Shown here piece by piece: positions 56,632-60,066 of a stretch of 60,066 bases of DNA (the stretch's first letter is position 1; the number at the start of each line of letters is the position of its first letter). The notes below the pieces were generated by a model. It saw only the letters and a program-made list of their open reading frames with translations. It did no database searches and was not told the origin of the DNA. The stretch comes from Actinomycetes bacterium. Lineage in GTDB: Bacteria > Actinomycetota > Acidimicrobiia > IMCC26256 > PALSA-610. Where the stretch lies: contig JANNHK010000232.1 of the NCBI GenBank assembly GCA_031404355.1, forward strand, positions 1 to 60,066. Reading direction: 5' to 3'. Made by a program: the position numbers and the translations under genes.

Positions 56632-57522
56632 TCACCAGTCGAGTCGTTTCAGCGATCGCCGCACGTGCTCATCAAGGTGCGCGAGTGACAATTGATAGTT
56701 GGGCACATGGCCTTGCTCTCGGTCCGCGGCGAGGGACTCCGCAAGGTAATGCCGTGAGCTGAACACACACATGAGGTCGTACACGGCGAGTTCGTCAGAG
56801 GTGCCGCCGACGATGCCCGAGTATGCGTCAGCGAGGCGATCGGCGATGTCCGGTCCGAGGAGTACGCACACCGAGGCTCGGCAATACGCGAGGTCGTACC
56901 ACCGGGTGTCGAGCCGTGCTGCGCTCCAGTCGACGACACCACTGATGCGGCCGCGGTGCCAGAGGACGTTGCCCGGGTGGAAGTCGCCGTGAGTGAGGAC
57001 GCGCTCGGACGTACGTGAAGGCAGACGTGCTGTGACGGCGCCAACGGCGGCGGCGGTCAGCGGATCGTGTTCGCCCGCTGGTGCGCGCCAAGTCTCGAAA
57101 CGTGGAGGTCGCGTGACCGCACCCTCAGCCCCGTCCAAAGACGTTTCGTGCAACTCCGCCAGCGCCTGCGCGAGCGCCCCGACCCACGAGTCGACGTCCT
57201 TGGGAGTCAAGTCCGGACGCCCAGGCAACCGCGACATGACCACGGTGGGCCTGCCGAACCAGACGGACTCCAGATCAGCAACGATCGGCTCAGGCACCGG
57301 CAGCGCGACCCGCTGGGCGAACACGAGACGACTCCACTCCAACGGTGCCGTACCGTCACCGTCACGGTAGAGCTTCACGACCACTCGGCGGGGCGTCCGA
57401 TCGAGTGTCACGTCGTAGGCATCGGTCATCCCGGCTCCCGCCAACCGACGCAACCGCGTTACACGCGCGCCCGGGGCAACCGCTTCGGCCAACGCCTTCC
57501 ACCCAAGGTGTCTCGGCGCCAT
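56632..57522 (-). CDS. APH-family phosphotransferase
   Basis: VMSRLPG, HGDFHPGNVL, VVDW, YDLAY. Confidence 0.82.
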   Translation of the reverse strand: MAPRHLGWKALAEAVAPGARVTRLRRLAGAGMTDAYDVTLDRTPRRVVVKLYRDGDGTAPLEWSRLVFAQRVALPVPEPIVADLESVWFGRPTVVMSRLPGRPDLTPKDVDSWVGALAQALAELHETSLDGAEGAVTRPPRFETWRAPAGEHDPLTAAAVGAVTARLPSRTSERVLTHGDFHPGNVLWHRGRISGVVDWSAARLDTRWYDLAYCRASVCVLLGPDIADRLADAYSGIVGGTSDELAVYDLMCVFSSRHYLAESLAADREQGHVPNYQLSLAHLDEHVRRSLKRLDW

Positions 57523-57680
57523 CGCGCCAGATTGCCCGCTCTGGCGCTGTTATGCCACTGAGGCGGACGAGTCGAAGGTCGCCGACCGACGGTGGAAATA
57601 TCGCTCCCGAACGGGCATTATGCGCTGCCAAGCGGTCGGCTCGACCCTTCGGTCGCCGTCGATAGATGAAGGACCCTGTG

Positions 57681-57992
57681 ATGCCGAAGTTCGTGCTCAT
57701 CTTCCATGGGGGCGAAACGCCCGAAGCCCCTGCTCCCGAGGTGATGGATCGTTGGATGGCGTGGTTCGGAGAACTCGGCGAGGCAGTCGTCGACATGGGC
57801 GCACCGTTCGGGGCATCGGCGACCATCGCGTCCGATGGAACGCCGAGCCCGGGAAGCGGACCTGACCCGGCCAACGGCTACACGATCATCGAGGCCGCCG
57901 ATCTTCATGATGCTGTCGTGATGGCCAAGGGCTGCCCCGGGCTGAGCGGCGGCGGTTCGGTCAAGCTGTACGAGGCAATGCAGATGGGGTGA
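57681..57992 (+). CDS. YciI family protein
   Basis: WMAWF...G.PF...GYTIIEA...AKGCP. Confidence 0.75.
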   Translation: MPKFVLIFHGGETPEAPAPEVMDRWMAWFGELGEAVVDMGAPFGASATIASDGTPSPGSGPDPANGYTIIEAADLHDAVVMAKGCPGLSGGGSVKLYEAMQMG

Positions 57993-57999
57993 CGGTCCG

Positions 58000-58113
58000 A
58001 TGAGACCCCTCGATCGGGTGCGTCGGATAGCGCTCGCACTTCCCGGCGTGAACGAGCGCATGAGTCACGGTGTGCCGTGTTTCTTCGTTCGCGACAAGCG
58101 GCCGCTGTGCTAG
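58000..58113 (+). pseudogene. N-terminal fragment of an MmcQ/YjbR family gene
   Basis: MRPLDRVRRIALALPGVNERMSHGVPCFFVRDKRPLC* stops about 20 bp before the att repeat. Confidence 0.65.
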
Positions 58114-58133
58114 GTCAAAGCGCTAGCAACTTG

Positions 58134-58207
58134 TGGAGACGATGGGACTCGAACCCACGACCCCCTGCTTGCAAAGCAGGTGCTCTAGCCAGCTGAGCTA
58201 CGTCCCC
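58134..58207 (-). tRNA. tRNA-Ala(TGC)
   Basis: GGGGACG acceptor with G3:U70; CCTGC-TT-TGC-AA-GCAGG anticodon arm; no encoded CCA. Confidence 0.95.
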
Positions 58208-58240
58208 GAGGGTTGTTCAGGTTAGCGGGGACACGCCGCG

Positions 58241-58690
58241 TTACTCCGCGAACCAGCTTTCGTCTTCGGCGGCAGGTTGCAGCGGCTCGTTGGCTAACGC
58301 TTCGTCAGGGAACGGCTTCAGTTCGATCGCCGGCTCGTCGGCGACCATCGGCTCCGGGTTCTCGTCGACGGATACGAGCGAGGCGTCGGGCGTGCCGATG
58401 CCGAGGTCGGCTTCGGTCGGCAGCGGCACGATCGGCTCATCCGGGAACGGTTTGAGCTCGGGCGCCGGTACGTCGTCATAGATCTCGATCTTGGCCTCGT
58501 CGACGGCCTTCACCGCCTGCTTCGCGAGCCACCGGGCCTGGCGCGCGTCGATCAGTTCCTCGGCCTCGCCGTATTCGTAGGCCAGTTCCATCTCGGGGTC
58601 TCGCACCGATGCCGCAGTATCTGCGGCCTGGCGGTCGGCGTGACGGCCGGCGGCGGACGTGGGCCAGTCGATGAACTCGTCGTCTGCCAT
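58241..58690 (-). CDS. Acidic hypothetical protein with a duplicated ELKPFPDE motif
   Basis: GGAGG RBS before ATG 58690 (MADDEFIDW). Confidence 0.6.
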   Translation of the reverse strand: MADDEFIDWPTSAAGRHADRQAADTAASVRDPEMELAYEYGEAEELIDARQARWLAKQAVKAVDEAKIEIYDDVPAPELKPFPDEPIVPLPTEADLGIGTPDASLVSVDENPEPMVADEPAIELKPFPDEALANEPLQPAAEDESWFAE

Positions 58691-58793
58691 CGAAAACCTC
58701 CTGTGTTCACGCCAGTCTCCCACCGAGCGGACCGAGCAGCCACGCCGGACCGGGATCCGCGTGCCCGGCAGGTGCCGCGACCATGATCGTCGG

Positions 58794-59606
58794 GTGGTCG
58801 AATCACCGCACGAACGCCTGTTGAAGACGGCTCGCACACCCGAGGACGCCGTCGTGGTCGCGAAGTTCGACGAGCGCATGGCCCTCCCGCTCATCCTCGC
58901 GGCGGTGATCCCGCTGTTCTTGCTGCCGGGCGGGAACGCGCCGGTGCTCGCGGCGACGATCGCGGTCGTGTCGTGGATCGTGTTCCTCGTCGACTTCACC
59001 GTGCATCAGCGCCGGCTCACCAACTACCTGGGCACCTGGCTCGGCCGCTTCGACCTTGTCGTCGTGGTGCTGACCGCGCCGTGGTTCCTGATCGTCCCGG
59101 GCGACACGGGCAAGTTCGTGATGCTCATCCGCCTCGCGCGCGTCGCCCGACTCCTGATGGCGACCAGCGGCGCCCGTCGCCTCTTCGAACGGCTGGGCCG
59201 GGTCGCGCTCCTCGCCGCGATAGTCGTCACCGTCGGGGCACTCGTCGGCTACCGGGCCGAGCACGACACGAACCCCGGCTTCGAGACGATCGGCGACGCG
59301 TTCTGGTGGGCGATCGTGACGCTCACGACGGTCGGCTACGGCGACATCGTTCCCGAGACGACGGCGGGCCGAGTCGACGGCGTGATGATCATGCTCACGG
59401 GTGTCGCTGTGCTCGGTCTCCTGGCGGGTTCGCTGGCCAGCTTCTTCCGCCTCGGGTCGAGCGAAGCGGGAGCGGCGACCGCCGACATCGACCCGCAGGA
59501 CCCCGAGGCAGTGGCGCGCGAACTCGCGGCACTACGCGAAGAGATCGTGCGGCTCGCGGGCGTCGTCGCGCAACTCACGACGACGCCCGAGGGGCCCCGC
59601 CCTTAG
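58794..59606 (+). CDS. Potassium channel (voltage-gated-like)
   Basis: TTVGYGD selectivity filter; [10 protein letters not shown]4-like helix. Confidence 0.88.
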   Translation: MVESPHERLLKTARTPEDAVVVAKFDERMALPLILAAVIPLFLLPGGNAPVLAATIAVVSWIVFLVDFTVHQRRLTNYLGTWLGRFDLVVVVLTAPWFLIVPGDTGKFVMLIRLARVARLLMATSGARRLFERLGRVALLAAIVVTVGALVGYRAEHDTNPGFETIGDAFWWAIVTLTTVGYGDIVPETTAGRVDGVMIMLTGVAVLGLLAGSLASFFRLGSSEAGAATADIDPQDPEAVARELAALREEIVRLAGVVAQLTTTPEGPRP

Positions 59607-60066
59607 ATGGCCCGACCGCCGAGGTACGTCGCGGTACCGAGTGCGAACACGCCGCCGTCGCGGGCGGCCATGCGGTAGCCCGTACCGGCCGGCATCACTG
59701 CCATCGCGGTGATCGGCTGCACGAGCGGCAACGAACCGAGCGACCCGTTGAACGCCGCGGTGCCGAACGTGAACACGCCGCCGTCGGCCGCGACCAGCCA
59801 GTAACCCGCGCCGTCGGGCGTCTTCTCCATCGCGAAGATCGGCTGGTTCAACACCATCGAACCCGTCGAACCTCGGAAGACCGCGTCGCCGAACGTGAAG
59901 ATGCCGCCGTCCGACGCAACGAGGAAGTACCCGTTGCCGCCGGGTGTGACCTCCATGCCGACCACGGGCCGGTTCAACCGCAGCGCACCCGTCGAACCCA
60001 GGAACACGCCGTCGCCGAACGTGAAGATGCCGCCGTCGGCCGCGACGAGCCAGTAGCCGGCGCCCG
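59603..60066 (-). CDS. C-terminus of a surface protein with GYWLVA(S/A)DGG(I/V)FTFG repeats (partial)
   Basis: At least four ~40-aa repeats; the frame is open to the window end. Confidence 0.8.
   Translation of the reverse strand, partial: GAGYWLVAADGGIFTFGDGVFLGSTGALRLNRPVVGMEVTPGGNGYFLVASDGGIFTFGDAVFRGSTGSMVLNQPIFAMEKTPDGAGYWLVAADGGVFTFGTAAFNGSLGSLPLVQPITAMAVMPAGTGYRMAARDGGVFALGTATYLGGRAI

Larger units (their letters stand above)
55013..58174. mobile_element. Degenerate integrative island at tRNA-Ala (no integrase left)
   Basis: Bounded by 42-bp att repeats; carries a TA pair and cargo genes; a gene is truncated at the tRNA end. Confidence 0.8.

Noticed and set aside
59603-60066. Repeats with a period of about 120 bp at the window end
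   Set aside because: Protein-coding repeats of a common actinobacterial surface domain.

Overview
High-GC actinobacterial chromosome segment, probably Acidimicrobiia-like (inferred from gene content, many leaderless starts and GYWLVASDGG repeat proteins). It lies near the origin. Core genes are serS-pheA, tRNA-Leu-fhaA-fhaB-pstP-rodA-pbpA-pknB, trpG/crgA followed by a DnaA-box cluster, and tRNA-Ala; they are interspersed with metabolic, repair (ogt/ada-alkA, mutY) and stress genes. There are four tRNAs (Ser-GCT, Ser-TGA, Leu-CAG, Ala-TGC). Most notable: (1) a beta-class DNA methyltransferase fused to a catalytically degenerate PD-(D/E)xK domain and coupled to a stand-alone paralogous nuclease with an intact motif; (2) a KamB/NpmA-like 16S m1A1408 methyltransferase, missed by the ORF track, coupled to a DUF371-RsmI fusion; (3) a decayed, integrase-less 3.1 kb island at tRNA-Ala with a 42-bp att repeat; (4) dispersed palindromes and MIRU-like spacer elements, one inserted in frame in a CDS; (5) a likely leaderless gene whose expected start codon is GTC. 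All family calls come from motif recognition by eye; no database searches were run. Several start codons were revised from the ORF track.
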